A DNA stretch of 63,199 nucleotides, filler included, from Atractiella rhizophila (GCA_021432655.1; 4 parts of 4 records of this genome joined end to end with filler, not necessarily neighbours in it); one strand, 5' to 3'; positions 27,224 through 40,700 are shown, counted from the first letter of the whole stretch. Notes: generated by a model not told the origin, from the letters alone. Numbers and translations: made by a program.

Positions 27224-28320
27224 TTACTTAGAACCACCAAACATCGACGACAGAGCTTTGCTCGCCCTCTCCCTTCTCCCGGCCCTCTTTTGCACCGGCA
27301 CGAAATCGAAATTGTGCAGTCTTCCCGCGTTTCCTTCGTTCCTTTCATCGGGAATAAGGTTGAGGCCCAATGGGTTGAAGAGACGCTGTTCGATGTCCGT
27401 CTGCGGTTGGTGTTGTGGTTGTGGTTGTGGTTTCGGCTGTGGCTGTGCTTGAACTGAGACGATAGGGCGAACGGGTAATGTAGCTGGGGGAGGAGGGCGG
27501 GAGAGGAAACCAGCACCAAACTCCCCTGCGACGGGGGATTCCAAAGCCGCCTGAGAGGGCGAAGCCAGCTTGGTCATGAACAAACGAGCGGGAACTGTCC
27601 CACCAACGGAGATAAGGGCCCTGGGAGACGAAGGAAGAGAGTTGGAGCGTCGTCGGACCAGAGTGGTTTGTAGCGGCAAAGGTCGGGGAACCTCTGAAGA
27701 ATTTCGGACCGCTAGAGAAAAAGGAGAATTGGGCTCCGCAGTATAATTGGGTATTGGGTTTACAGGCGGAGCCTGTGGTGGTTTGAGGATGGCGAACGAG
27801 GGATCGAGTGATGTGAGAGGCGTGCGCACAGGTATTGCTTCCGTCTGCCTGGATGGTGTCGGAGATCCTGTATTCGAAGACTGAGGAGACGACTGGTCCA
27901 ATATTTCATCCATCAATTGTTCAAGCGTCGGAGTCGCGCCTGACCTGTCCTGCGATGCTGAAGGTGGCATTGGTGGAGGAGGTCGGGATGGAGGTGTATG
28001 TCGCCTTTCTTTAAGAGATTCGAAAGATGCATTCGCGTTCCGCATCTTTCTTAACTCCAGCTTGAGGTCCACAATTGACTCCTCGCTCGTTCTCCTCTCC
28101 CCGTCCTCAGACTTTCTAACTTGCTCCTCCTGCGGCTGTTCGCTTTTCCCAAACTCATAGCGATACCTAAATGGCACAGCATCGACGGAAGGAACGGGAG
28201 GAAGTGTCTCTGTTTCCTCCATCAATTCGTTAGGGAGAGTATGTCGGCGCAAAGAGCTGTGCTGGGAGTGGATGGTGTTCTGTCGGCTCGAAAGGGTGGA
28301 AGAGCAGGCAGAAGGAACTT
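27224..28320 (-). CDS. Pro/Ser-rich hypothetical protein, 5'-truncated at the repeat junction
   Basis: 373-codon open frame of low complexity; its apparent start codon lies inside the minisatellite copy. Confidence 0.6.
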
Positions 28321-30062
28321 CATACATATTGGATGAGTCGGCCATTCTTCATACATATCGGATGAATCGGTCATTCTTCATACACCTTAGATCAACCAAC
28401 CGGTCATTCTTCGTAGATATTAGATCAACCAACCGGTCATTCTTCGTACATATTGGATGAGTCGGCCATTCTTAATACATATTGGATCAATCGGTCATTC
28501 TTTATACACCTTAGATCAACCAACCGGTCATTCTTCATACATATTGGATGAATCGGTCATTCTTCATACACCTTAGATCAACCAACCGGTCATTCTTCGT
28601 ACATATCGGATAAGTCGGTCATTCTTCATACACCTTGGATCAGCCAACCGGTCATTCTTCAGACAGGTTGGATCAACCAATCGTCGGCCATTCTTCATGC
28701 ATGTTGGATCAACCGCCGCAGCCATTCTTCATACATCAACGTTTAATCAAACGACACTCTCAGATGCTTTACGGACCAAGATATCGATGATTCCACAAGG
28801 TCAAATATACTGAGGGCTCCTAGGGTAAGCGCTCTGAGCATCGTGCACATCGCTCAGTTTTGAGTACTCATTAGACGCGTACGTATCCATTTCTGCTGTC
28901 CACTCACATGTCACTTGATTGCTTTAACCCCTCTCTCTCTGCCCTAGTCTCAGCTATAACATGAATTGCCGCATTCCTTCAAAGCTTCACTCATCTAATT
29001 TTTCGCCGCTAGGGAGAATGGAGGGAATGTGTTGATGGAGAGAAGAAGCACATTTTGAAAACAGGCATTAGTCTGACTTTTGTTAGCTTGCTTTGCTGCG
29101 AAGGCTCGCAATTCAGGGTATTAGATAAAGTTTGGGCCAGCTAACACACAGCCTTTCATTAATTTCGTTTGCCTTTTGGTGACGAAGAGAGTATTTCAAG
29201 GAATTGCAGCCGTTTCTAACTGCTTGCGCGAAAGATATACCATCGGAGGCGGCAACGGCTATGTTGATGTTTGCTCTCTTTCTCTTCGCTTGTTGTGGTG
29301 CCGTTTTGGGCTCTCCATTCGCCATCAACAACGAGAGAGACTTTCCGCATTACCCTCGAGCCATAGAGGGACGGCCGCTGGTACGTGACCTGGAGGAAAG
29401 GCAGATCACATCGTACTCACCTGATATTACGTTCCCTACCTCTGGGAGTGTCTTTACCGCTGGAGATCAGCTTAAAGTGTCCTGGTCCGTCTATTCTTTC
29501 TCTCCTTACCAATGTCGCAATGAACTCAGAACTTTGGACTATCATAACTCAGGGATCTGTCGGACATCCCGTCCACCATCTCCGTCCAACTGGTCAGAGG
29601 CCGCCTCCTCCTCGGTTACACAACCACCTCATCCATCGAGCTCCTCTCAAACTCTCCCCTCTCCCCTCCAGTCGCCTTAACGGACGGCTCGACCACCGTG
29701 GAGCTGCCTATCTCCCTTTCAACAAGGAGTAGCTATTTTATTGCCTGGACTAGTCAGTGTCTTTAGTTCTCGAAAGTTGGTACTCAGGCGATCACAATAG
29801 ATGAGGACGGAACGAGCCGCACGTCAGCGACCTTTACCATCAATGCAAATCCAGACGCCCCGAGTGCAGCAAGTGGTGGACCAGTCGTCAGCGACACACC
29901 AACAGGGTCTCTCATTCCACTTCCCACCGTGCCTGTGCCCAGCGAAGCAGCGACGGTACGCATTTCCCAGTCTTCCGTCTCTTTCTCTCCTTCGCAATCA
30001 CTAACTTCGTGGCGTACCCTGTCGGGCAGACCACAACCCAGCGCTTCAACTTCACAGTGGCG
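28321..30062 (+). repeat. Near-identical duplicate of 25081-26642 (minisatellite half plus GPI-protein gene)
   Basis: 28321 onward matches 25081 onward, and 29550-30062 matches 26141 onward, with only a few differences (e.g. ccatttttca vs ccattcttca; ctcaacaagg vs ttcaacaagg). Confidence 0.92.
29261..30062 (+). CDS. Secreted Ser/Thr-rich GPI-anchored protein, copy 2 (3' end cut by gap)
   Basis: Signal peptide MLMFALFLFACCGAVLG, ..LEERQITSYSPDITFPTSGSVFTAGDQLKVSW (Kre9/Knh1-like Ig-type N-domain pattern). Confidence 0.7.
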
Positions 30063-30162
30063 NNNNNNNNNNNNNNNNNNNNNNNNNNNNNNNNNNNNNN
30101 NNNNNNTTAATTAATTAANNNNNNNNNNNNNNNNNNNNNNNNNNNNNNNNNNNNNNNNNNNN
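30063..30162. other. Artificial 100-bp scaffold spacer (N44-TTAATTAATTAA-N44); also at 55071-55170 and 60605-60704
   Basis: Identical all-frame-stop linker embedded in N runs three times. Confidence 0.95.
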
Positions 30163-33100
30163 GCAACATTTTCGATGGTAATGACGTTCCAGTCATGTTT
30201 GGTTCCCAGAAACTTCATCACTTCATCCCGCCATTGCAGTGTAAGATGAGGAGGTGCGACGACCAGTGTAGCGTCTAGGGAAATTCGTCCTTCGACGAGT
30301 AGATCTTCGGTTCCATCCTGGACCAAAGATGCTTTTTTCTCCTTCATAACTGATATCAAGCCAAGAGTGATGGCAGTTTTGCCATACCCGACCTCATCGG
30401 CGAGAACGCCGCCTTTTACAGTCGCTTCCCGGAACGCTTTCCCTTCAACCCTCCACCCAAGAGGGCCTAACAAAGCCTCCGATATTTCTTCCTCCTGGAA
30501 CGTTTCGGGGCTCTCCTCTTGTTTGACCATCCACGTCAGAGAGCGAAGTTGTTCGCGACGGAGGGGAGTTTCGAACTCGGATGGTTGATCATGCTCTTCG
30601 TCATCCTTGTTGCTCTCAAGCCTAAACTTAAAAGCTTTGGCGTTGAAAACCTTCTCCGCTTCAGCAACATGGCCAGTTGTAAGCTTCCAGGCAAAGTTCA
30701 GCGCGCCGGTTGCAGGTTTTGGAGGAGGCAAGAGGGACATAGCGCGATGGATGAGGGAGGTAATGTTGATGCCCACTCGAATATAGCCTTTCTGGCTGTG
30801 AATCATGGCCTGAGCGACAAAAGGTGGCGGACGGTGTTTGAGCGCCTGAAAGACAACATTGAGAGCAATTAAACCCGCCGAAATGGCAACGAACCTGTTC
30901 ATACTTTCCCGCTTTTCGATTGTCTTCGACCGGAATGAACTTCTTTCCAATATTCTTCCCGGTCGCCTTTGGATCTGGAACCCAAACGACATTTGGTGCA
31001 TTCGGGGCACAGCGATCACAAGAATGCTTCCTCTGTAGACGATATCATTTGATAGCTGAGCGATCGGTAAGAAAACATACTTCTTTGCCACTTCGATTGT
31101 CCTCGACAGCAATCCACTTATTAAATATCTTCATCTGTGGGAGTCGATGCGTAATCCACGACCAATCCTGAAACACTTCCTTCCCCTCTTTTCCAACGTC
31201 GACGTTATACCACTCTCCTCTTCCCCACTTCTCAGAAGCCTGAGTTTCCGACAGAGGGACTTCACACGTCAGGAAAGCTTGTGAACACTTGCACGATGTC
31301 TCATCAAGCTTGACAATGGTTGTTTCCTCTTTGGGGATGCTGTAGACAGACGACGAAACGGAAACAGCAGTTACAAGCTTGATTGATGGAACGTTAATGT
31401 ATTGACCGGAGAGATGGCAGTTGACTGCACTAGAGGGATTGCGAGTACTTTCGGTGGGTTGGAGCTTCAGAGGTCTCCAAAGGGGATCTAGAACAGCGGT
31501 GATGGGTCGGAAATCGCCAAAGTCCTTCCGTTCGATATCAGTGCTGAAGACAATACCGTCCTTGTCGTAAGGCTTTGAGCGCGTAGGATCGAGAAAAAAG
31601 AACATGGCGCGAGGATCGTTGTCGCTTTCGATAGATTTCCGTTTATGCAAGATCCCAGTGGCTGTCCCACAATGTGGGAGAAGCTCATACTTACCGCTGA
31701 TAGGCCGTTCGAGAATAGTATCGAGATCGGGGGGATAAGAAACGTCGATTACGCCAAAAACCTTCTCTTCCTTAAAATTCTCCAATCCCAGCATGGATCT
31801 CCAACTTGGGACACGTTCGCCTTCGCCTTTCAGTGTCATTTGAAAAGATTTGTTGATGGGGAGTCGGAAATCCCAGGTTCCATCCAAGAGAGAGTTAGCC
31901 TCCTTGGCCACCTTCATTCGCGCAACAGGGGACTGAAAGAGTGCACGGATTGGAGAGTTCATGGCGAGCTTCTGGGACGGTTTGATTATGAGTCGCCACT
32001 CGACCTGTTGAGGATGCAGGTGAAGCTCGAGCATGGCTTTCGGCGCGTCGTACTTCGCAATCCAGTGCGCTTGTCGAAGGAGCGTCTCAAACCGGAACTC
32101 AACAGTCTGATCCATCGCCTCCTTGACAGTACAATGGTACTCCGTCCACTTGGCCTCATCAAGAATTGCTCCAACCTGTTCCTTCATAGCCTCCAAAACA
32201 GCCGTGTCCACACCATGGAATGAAAGGCGCATGGGGAGCACGTCTTTGATTTCCTTGTCAAAATCGCGGGGGTGAATCCTAGTATGGTCCAAGTCAACAT
32301 AGCTGTGCTCTGGTTTCCCACCGCATTTTTTGCAGCTGGTGGCACCACACTTCTCGCATTTTTGGACGTCGTTGGAAGTAATGTCGTTCCTCCCCTCACA
32401 AGTGCAGAGCCTCGCGCTGACCGTAGCCTTCTGCAGGATATCGTCGACTGACATTGGAGCGCAGTGGTCAATATCGAGCGTAGTTGACTCCAGCAGCTCT
32501 TCTCCAACGATCAGGTCACCAACTGGTATCGTTTCTTCCGGCTCCTGCGCCTCAATAGTATCNNNNNNNNNNNNNNNNNNNNNNNNNNNNNNNNNNNNNN
32601 NNNNNNNNNNNNNNNNNNNNNNNNNNNNNNNNNNNNNNNNNNNNNNNNNNNNNNNNNNNNNNNNNNNNNNNNNNNNNNNNNNNNNNNNNNNNNNNNNNNN
32701 NNNNNNNNNNNNNNNNNNNNNNNNNNNNNNNNNNNNNNNNNNNNNNNNNNNNNNNNNNNNNNNNNNNNNNNNNNNNNNNNNNNNNNNNNNNNNNNNNNNN
32801 NNNNNNNNNNNNNNNNNNNNNNNNNNNNNNNNNNNNNNNNNNNNNNNNNNNNNNNNNNNNNNNNNNNNNNNNNNNNNNNNNNNNNNNNNNNNNNNNNNNN
32901 NNNNNNNNNNNNNNNNNNNNNNNNNNNNNNNNNNNNNNNNNNNNNNNNNNNNNNNNNNNNNNNNNNNNNNNNNNNNNNNNNNNNNNNNNNNNNNNNNNNN
33001 NNNNNNNNNNNNNNNNNNNNNNNNNNNNNNNNNNNNNNNNNNNNNNNNNNNNNNNNNNNNNNNNNNNNNNNNNNNNNNNNNNNNNNNNNNNNNNNNNNNN

Positions 33101-34947
33101 NNNNNNNNNNNNNNNNNNNNNNNNNNNNNNNNNNNNNNNNNNNNNNNNNNNNNNNNNNNNNNNNNNNNNNNNNNNNNNNNNNNNNNNNNNNNNNNNNNNN
33201 NNNNNNNNNNNNNNNNNNNNNNNNNNNNNNNNNNNNNNNNNNNNNNNNNNNNNNNNNNNNNNNNNNNNNNNNNNNNNNNNNNNNNNNNNNNNNNNNNNNN
33301 NNNNNNNNNNNNNNNNNNNNNNNNNNNNNNNNNNNNNNNNNNNNNNNNNNNNNNNNNNNNNNNNNNNNNNNNNNNNNNNNNNNNNNNNNNNNNNNNNNNN
33401 NNNNNNNNNNNNNNNNNNNNNNNNNNNNNNNNNNNNNNNNNNNNNNNNNNNNNNNNNNNNNNNNNNNNNNNNNNNNNNNNNNNNNNNNNNNNNNNNNNNN
33501 NNNNNNNNNNNNNNNNNNNNNTTCCCAACTCGAGAACGTCACGAAAGAGGATGGGGGAGAGAAGTTGCGCTCGATATCTGTCCATTTTTACAGTTAGACG
33601 TGAACTTAAGCATGAGGGCAATAAAGCTCACAAGCCTGTTTTGAAGGGTTCGATTTCGCAGGAAAACACATGCTCGATGGGCAACTCCACCCCCTTCTTC
33701 TCCTTCAAAGCCTTGGAAATCATCCCTAGAGCCAGGAGGGGGAGATTCCGTCCCGCTAATCCAACCGTGGCATCAGGTGCCTTCTTTACAAAAAGTGACA
33801 TAGAAGACGAAAGGACGAAACTGCCCACCTGCACATAGTAGCGACCCTCAACCTCTTCCCACTGCCAACCATCCATTTCGCAATCTGAAAAGCGGCTCGA
33901 GCACGAGAGGATTGGATACGAGATCGACAAAACATGTCGTAGTGGTTCGTGATTGGTGGTAAGGGTGATTCTTCCATCGATACCCAAGAAGTGCGTTCGC
34001 CCGCAGGGCCCTTCTTCTTCGCTGCAGAACCCTTCTTCGCAGCTCCAAAAGCGCTGGCTTTGACAGGGCGTTTCTTGGGTTGAGGTTCCTCCCTGAACAG
34101 GTTCACAGCGAGAAAGACCATTCATTACCACCTCATCCCATGCACCCATAAAAGAGGAAAGATGAAGAAAAGACGCACTCCTCACTCGGCTCCACCTCTG
34201 CTGCAGAGGAAGACTCGACCTCTTCCTCCAACGCCTCCTCCTCCTCCTCTTCCTCTGCTGCGTCGTCTATTATAAAATCATCATCATCACTCTTTTCTGC
34301 CTTCTTCGCACCCTTCGTGGATAAATGTCCTCCTTTGCCCTTCCTCACCTTCTTATCCTCTGCTTCGGAATCAGTTCCAGACTCTGCATAGCTGAACTTC
34401 TTTCCCACCGGCCTCTTTCGCTTCAGTCCCTTTTTGTCTTCCTCACTCGTAGGTGTTCGGGTGGAGGTGCTGTTGATTTGGGAAGAACTTTGCTGATCTT
34501 CGGCTGAGACTTGGCTTCCTCCCCATTCTTCGCAACTTTTACAGAATCCTTCCCTTTGGTTGCCCCATTCGCCTTTATCTTTGTCGTCGCGGTAGTCTGC
34601 TTCTTCGGCGCGTCGCTTTCGGATTCCGATGAGGAACCGACGTGTTTCTTCCGCTTCACGCTCTTCTTCTTCACCGTCACCTCTTCATCACTGTTCTCGC
34701 TCACAGTCACGTCCTTCCTGCCCTTCTTCCGCGTTTCAACTCTTTCTTCGTCCGAATCGGACAGCACGACCCTCTTCTTCTTAATTTTACCACTTACATT
34801 GTCGCTCCCACTGTCCTCCTCGCCGTCCTCCCTCCGACCCTTCCCAGAGCTGACCTTATCCGGGCGTTTCTTGGGGATGCTGGAGGGATGAGGGACATAG
34901 ATTGTGAAGTGTTTTGTAGATGTCGTTCCTTTGGATTTCGACGACAT
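30163..34947 (-). CDS. DMT5: Dnmt5-type C5 DNA methyltransferase fused to SNF2 ATPase (partial; gaps and homopolymer frameshifts)
   Basis: Lys/Glu/Ser-rich N-terminus; LRVATMCSGTESPLLAL..HVFSCEIEPFKQAYIERNF.PPILFRDV (Dnmt5 motif I region); SARLCTCEGR..C..CG..SCKKCGG.PEH; LRREQLRSLTWM; SNF2 GGVLADEVGYGKT, TLVVAPPHL..QW.DE. Confidence 0.88.
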
Positions 34948-35925
34948 TTTGGAGGTTGTGAAGGATGTTTACGCTGACATTAACGCGTCGCGTGTTTTAT
35001 GCCGGCGGTCGGAAAAGGAAGCCAACCACACCCCTTCAACCTTCCACTTTGCTGCCCACTTGTTTTTCCTTTCGAGTGTGCACGCGGGAGCTTGACCGAT
35101 GGGAGGCCATATAGGAGTATTATATGTCTGGAGTAACTTGTGACTTCGCTGGCAGAAACAAGAACAAGTTGATGTGGTCTGGTCAGGCTCCAGTGGAGAT
35201 ACCTATGTTCTAAGCTTCAAGTTCTCAGTGTAGGGTGGGAAGAGGTATCCTTCATCTTTTCTGTGAGTGATACGTGGGACGATGGAGAGCCGGTTATCGG
35301 CTTTTCGAACGCAGACTTTGAAGGGAGACACTCATTATCCTTCATTATCCTGACCTCCATTATTGCTAGAGACGTGAGATGATGTCTTCTGTTATACCTG
35401 ACAATGAGAGTTAGGTGCTCGAAAGATTATATCTTTTAAGGTGTCTAGACTTGAACCAAATTTGATCAATCACTTTTTTGCCAATATTTGCACTGCTGCG
35501 GAGTATGTGACTGAACCGGCATAATCATGAATGTCAACTCTTCCCTACGGCGATTAGAGATTTCAGCTTGATTTGTCAAAGAAAGGGTGGGTGATGAATC
35601 ATAATCCGTGATGACCATACTGCAAGGATATCACGATGTTGCAGAGAATATTGCTAGAGCAAATATCCAAGTCTGCAGGTAGATCATGAATGAGCCAGTA
35701 TCTATGCCCACAAGCCCACAAGCCCACAGTTAACGCCTTTGTTCCTTTATATTATTCATATGACAACTACAAATCTGGTGAAGCAACAAAGAGTAAAGAC
35801 TGATATGGCCATGTTCCTTTGTCCCCTTCACGACCGCGACCCTGATTTCCGTACCCATCAATATGTCGAAACACATCCACAATATATAATACCTCCTTCA
35901 TCTCTACTTTCCGTCCATCAAAAAC

Positions 35926-38900
35926 ATGAGTTACACATCCCAAGAGAAGCATTCAGACAAAGAAGCCGAGCTTCACCTCTCCGTCACTACTTTTCCAATG
36001 AACACCACCTCCGCGTCCTTGAACGACAACTCAGATGCCCATACAATAACTCCAACCACACCACTGTTCCCATCGGACGAACCTACCGAATCGAAATGTC
36101 CCGTTCGCGAAATCGCTAACCGTCTCCAACAAGTCGAAGTGACAGACAACGGAGCGAAGGGGAACGAGATCATCGAATCGTCGAAAGGTTGCAAACATCT
36201 TGAATCTAGGAAGGTCACTGGAAAGGATGGGTGTTTCAAGGCTGAGGTTTGGGACGGTAAACTTCTCATTCACTGTATATTCTAATCTCAAAGGTGTTGC
36301 TGACTTCATCGAAACAGAGGCAGCTCACGGACCTTTGCTATGGGTGACCATGGTCTGCCAATGCCTCCGGAAAGAACTAAAGCCTTTGCTGCCGGACACG
36401 ATCCATTTACTCACTTCAAATGGAAAGGTACGAATAGTGTTATCGTTCTTCTGTCCACGTTGATCTTGAGCAGATCGAAGGAGAGAAATTGTTCCTGAAG
36501 CTAGAAAAGCTGGAGAGTCTGTGCGTACAGGTGACGCTTCGGTCCTTTGTAGCTGCTGACCCTTTTCAGCAGCGTAAGAGAGAGTACGGACTCTAAATCA
36601 TGCACGCGGGATCACCTTACAGCACTGGTGGAATTTTTGAAGAAGGAGTTTGCAGATACGTGAGTAATCGTTTCTATCTTATCTCACGGTGCTCAACGAC
36701 GTTTTACAGGATTGAAGCATTAGACAACTTGAAAGAGCAGCCTCTTAATGGTACCCTATATCCATTTGACCTGCTGTGGACGCAATTTCGAGTAGGGGAT
36801 ATTCTCTCCCTTGAAACGGCTCTGCTGGGTGATTTGGTATGTCTCCATACTCTCCTCTGCTGCTGCTCCTTCTGATGGTTGTGTCAACCAGATGGCGTTC
36901 AAAGTTGATGAAGTGTCTTATCGCAACGTCACTAGAGGTGCCTCAGGTCGACATCTTGTTGTAACTGGTGCATCCATCGAATGGACTGGAAGGGCCTTCG
37001 TCAGACATCACATGTCGAAAACTATTGCGCCTTACAGTGTGAGCTCACGAAACCTGTGTTTATGTTTACTCCGACTCGTCTGACTTGAGCTGGCGTAGGA
37101 TTTGGCCGCGCTGAATAGCGGATCTGTAGCCCCCTTGACGGCGGATATGAGGAGCAAGCTTCTTCGCCGAGGCAAACGCTATGTCGAGGTGCGATCCAAT
37201 ATTATTTTTCCTGATGAGAAATTTGACAGACAGCACAAAGTTTGCAAAAAAGATGTTGATCGACTATGATGGTGGGTTGTCAACGTTAAACCGTGCTTTA
37301 GCTGAGCCAGTACGATACAGGTCCTGCTCACTTTTTCCGTGAAGGGGACGGCCCCATGTTCAAAGCCATGCCATTCAAAGGGAGAATCATGCTCGATGCC
37401 GAAACTTCGCGGGTTACGCGATTGAACGATGTTCGTCATTCTGCCTTGCATTACACTTCCATGTCACTCACCCTTTTTGAAGGACTGGTCAATGGAGTCA
37501 AAGCCGTGCCCCTACACGGGGCGGAGCCAAAAGGTTCGCGTTGAAGATTTCACGGAGGAGGATTTCTTGGTCCTGCCGGTTCATCACATCGGATTCTGTT
37601 TCGAGTTAGACGTGAGCTCGCTTGATTTCCCAATGTTCTTGAGATCTAATAGCCAGTAGCAATGGGTCCTTGTAAATGTCGACTACATGAAGCCGGCCGT
37701 ATGGGAGGATCAACACAAGGGGCAACTCATATTGGACAGTGCCACGAAGGTCAGCTTCTCCTTCTAGGCCTCAACGTCATCATAACATTTCTATAGGATC
37801 TCTTGTGGACGATGTCAAAAAATACTCCGCCAGTCTCCGATACACAACCTATTGGCGCCTGCATTTTGTTGCATGGGGTGTGTTCGTTCCTCTTTCCCAT
37901 TACATATTGTTCAGGCGTTTCTGCAGCCTCCAGGAACTGGTAAGACGGCAACGGTGGAAGCAGTATGTTTATCCAATCCCTCGATAGTCAGAGATGCTCA
38001 CGGGTGTTACAGTTGGCTGAAGATTTGAGACGCCCGCTGCACCGGTTTTCGTTCCCCAACCTGCGCGAACAAGATATCTCAGAGTCCTTCAAACTCGCTA
38101 AATTTTGGAATTCAGTCTTGGTCTTTGACAACGCCGACCGTTTGTTTGTTTGGGCTCGAGGAGAGAAGTTTACAGAACCGAGAGGCAAGCTTAGATTCAT
38201 TCCATCACCTACACGTAGCAGCTCACACTGTTTGCAGTTGCCACCCTGATGGAAGAGCTGGATCGTTTTGATGGCACAGTGGTACGTCGCCTGCCAGCAT
38301 CTAGACATTTGAATTCTTACAACGAGGCCAGATCATTATTTCTCAAACTCTTCAAGAGTTCGTTCACTCTCTTCAATCATATTCCTTTCTAACTCCAAGA
38401 AAAGATTCGACGAAAGGCTCCTCTCTCGCGCATCCTTGATTATCAAGTACAACCAACTCTCGCGCGCCAAACGTGCAAAGGTGTTTCGAAACGTAAGAGG
38501 AGCCCTTTCTTACTGTCACTGCAATGTTATGTTGACCGGACACGTCAGCTTCTTCTAAAACGCGGCGCAGAAGTGGAACCCGAAGACGATGCTGAAAAGG
38601 GCGAGCGGCATCTGACTCCTCGATCTATCACGTCGAAGGATCTGCTGCGTTGGTCGAAGCTGTCTTTCGACGGTCGGAAAATCGAAGAGGTGGTCAAGAG
38701 CTCGCATCGTCTGGCTATGTGTAAGGGAGAAGCGCTCAGCTCGATGCACGTTCAGACCATCATGGATTCTGGTTAGTTCTCACCAATTGTGGAAGAGGCA
38801 AGGATTGACCTTCTTCACCTCAGTGACGCAGAGCGAAAGGGATTATCACGATTCAGATGAAAAAGGTGAGAGCATTGGCTTTTTGCTATCAAATGGTATT

Positions 38901-39010
38901 GATGATGTGTCAGGAGCCTACATCGACGAAGAGGAGAGACATTGGGTAGGTTTTGTTGGCATCAATTCCTGCAGGACTGACAAGCAAATCAGGTCCCTAT
39001 CTACAACTAG
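35926..39010 (+). CDS. Fungal AAA+ ATPase-like protein, many introns (ends approximate)
   Basis: Spliced ILLHG|PPGTGKTATVEA|VAEDLRRPL, FKLAKFWNSVLVFDNAD, KGRIMLDA, FDGRKIEEVVKSSHRLA. Confidence 0.7.
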
Positions 39011-39694
39011 GTGTCGCTACCGCCGCAACTTCATAGCACGCTGCATGTGATATCTCATTGACATATCGCGTTTGATAATGAACATTTCATCAATACTGCC
39101 CTCTCTCTTGATGGAGGGGATTGATTGATACTGAAAGTGTATATATCCTTGCCGTATATATCCTTGACTAGTGAATCATGTCAGCAACAGCATCTACATT
39201 GTAACGTCAAGAACTAGTGCTGCAGGATCTGGGCATGAAATAGACCCAAGGAAGAATACGAGGCAGGTCGTCGTCAAAACACAACTAACACCATTGAAAA
39301 CAACCACGCAGGAACGGAGAAGACCTGGATTGCAAACGGTAATCATGACGCATGGATTTGTCATGGAAGCGAAACTGTGTTTACACTTGGCGACTTCAAC
39401 TATAAAACAGCTGAATCCCTGAGGCGTATTAGCTCCTGAAGAATGGGAGAGTTGCAGACCACACGCCCATGAGCAGCAGCAACAAAGACAGGAAGAAAGG
39501 AGGTGGGTTTCATAATCCATCCCTCCGTCTAGCCAATCACAACACAAGAGGGGAGGGTGATCGCTTATGATGGAAGAGACAGAAAGAGTGAAACGCGGTT
39601 TCTGAAAGAAGAGAAATAAAGGACGGTAGTGTTTCCGGCATGTTTCTACGTCGGGTGTACAACGAGATCTAGATTGCATCTACGTGAAGTTATC

Positions 39695-40391
39695 CTACAC
39701 ATCATCCTATCAGCGTCTTCTCTTCCTTAAAGCAAGCGGAGAGGAAGAGGGAGGAAGGAGAGAGATGCTCACAATCTCGAAATCCGGCCTGGTCCTCGGC
39801 AACGCATCTGCTCCGAGCTTCGTGAACTTGTACTTCCTTCCCGGAGGCACGGGGGGGAGGAAAGCCTTCTTGGTTGCCGATTCCGTCGCCGCTGGGGTTG
39901 CGGTGGAAGCGTAGAGTGCAGCGAGGGAAGGAGCCGACGTTTCTTTCACCAGACCTGTTTCTGTTTCCTTCGCCTCCGGCAGAGCAGGAGGCGGAACACT
40001 ACCCGACACACAGATACTCATAAACCTCTGGAATAACTGAAATAAGAAAAGAAACGTACGACTCCACGGTTCCCTGAACAATCAACTTTGCGAGTTCTTC
40101 CTGCTCCACCCCTCTCACGGGCACATAAGCCCTCCTATAGTCCCTCGCATAGTAAGGGTTGACAGCCGGATCGCTGGAAAGGGTACCAGCAGGCGTGTAA
40201 TGCTCCTCCCGAGAGGCAGGAGGGGGATTTCGATTGGCGATGGGGAGGGGCATGCCTGTGGTGCTGTTTGGGTTGACGACGACGAGCTTCCTGAAGGTGT
40301 CCCATAGCTTGGAGGGAGAGCCGTAGTGGTACAAGAAGGGGTTGGACGACTTTGCGCCGGAGGGACCAACGATTTTGCTGGCGCTGGCCAT
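39695..40391 (-). CDS. NADH:ubiquinone oxidoreductase 21.3 kDa accessory subunit (NUZM-like)
   Basis: LWDTFRKLVVVNPNSTTGMPL..RNPPPASR..SDPAVNPYYARDYRRAY..EQEELAKL. Confidence 0.85.
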
Positions 40392-40700
40392 GGTTGATTT
40401 GTTTTGAGGGGGAGAGGATTACGGATAGGACTAGAAGGAATGACTGTAGTGAGGCGGGCGGATATGACGCCAATCACGAGGAATATTGACCGATGTGGAT
40501 CGACATTTCGCATCGTGTTTCGTGTCAATCAATGCAACAGCTAACGCGTCCTATGCAGCTGGGGTGTGACCCTCTTACTCTCACCCCTTTTACCAAAGAT
40601 ATAAGAATGAGTACTCCTTCTGTCGCTGACTTCATACTCCCAACATCACACTCATTCACCCTTACATTCTTTACTCCACCTCAACCAACTCAAAGCCCAA

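Noticed and set aside
30107..30118. Palindromic TTAATTAATTAA motif (three times)
   Set aside because: Artificial stop linker in scaffold gaps.
33540..33760. Programmed frameshifting or pseudogenisation of Dnmt5
   Set aside because: The indels lie in homopolymer runs next to a contig end, typical of sequencing error.
25667..33838. Long ORFs containing X runs in the ORF track
   Set aside because: Produced by translating through N gaps.
35705..35729. (GCCCACAA)x3 repeat
   Set aside because: Short simple repeat with no supporting context.
39194..39679. Small Cys-rich ORF (CLCCCC)
   Set aside because: Could not build a consistent spliced model or recognise a family.
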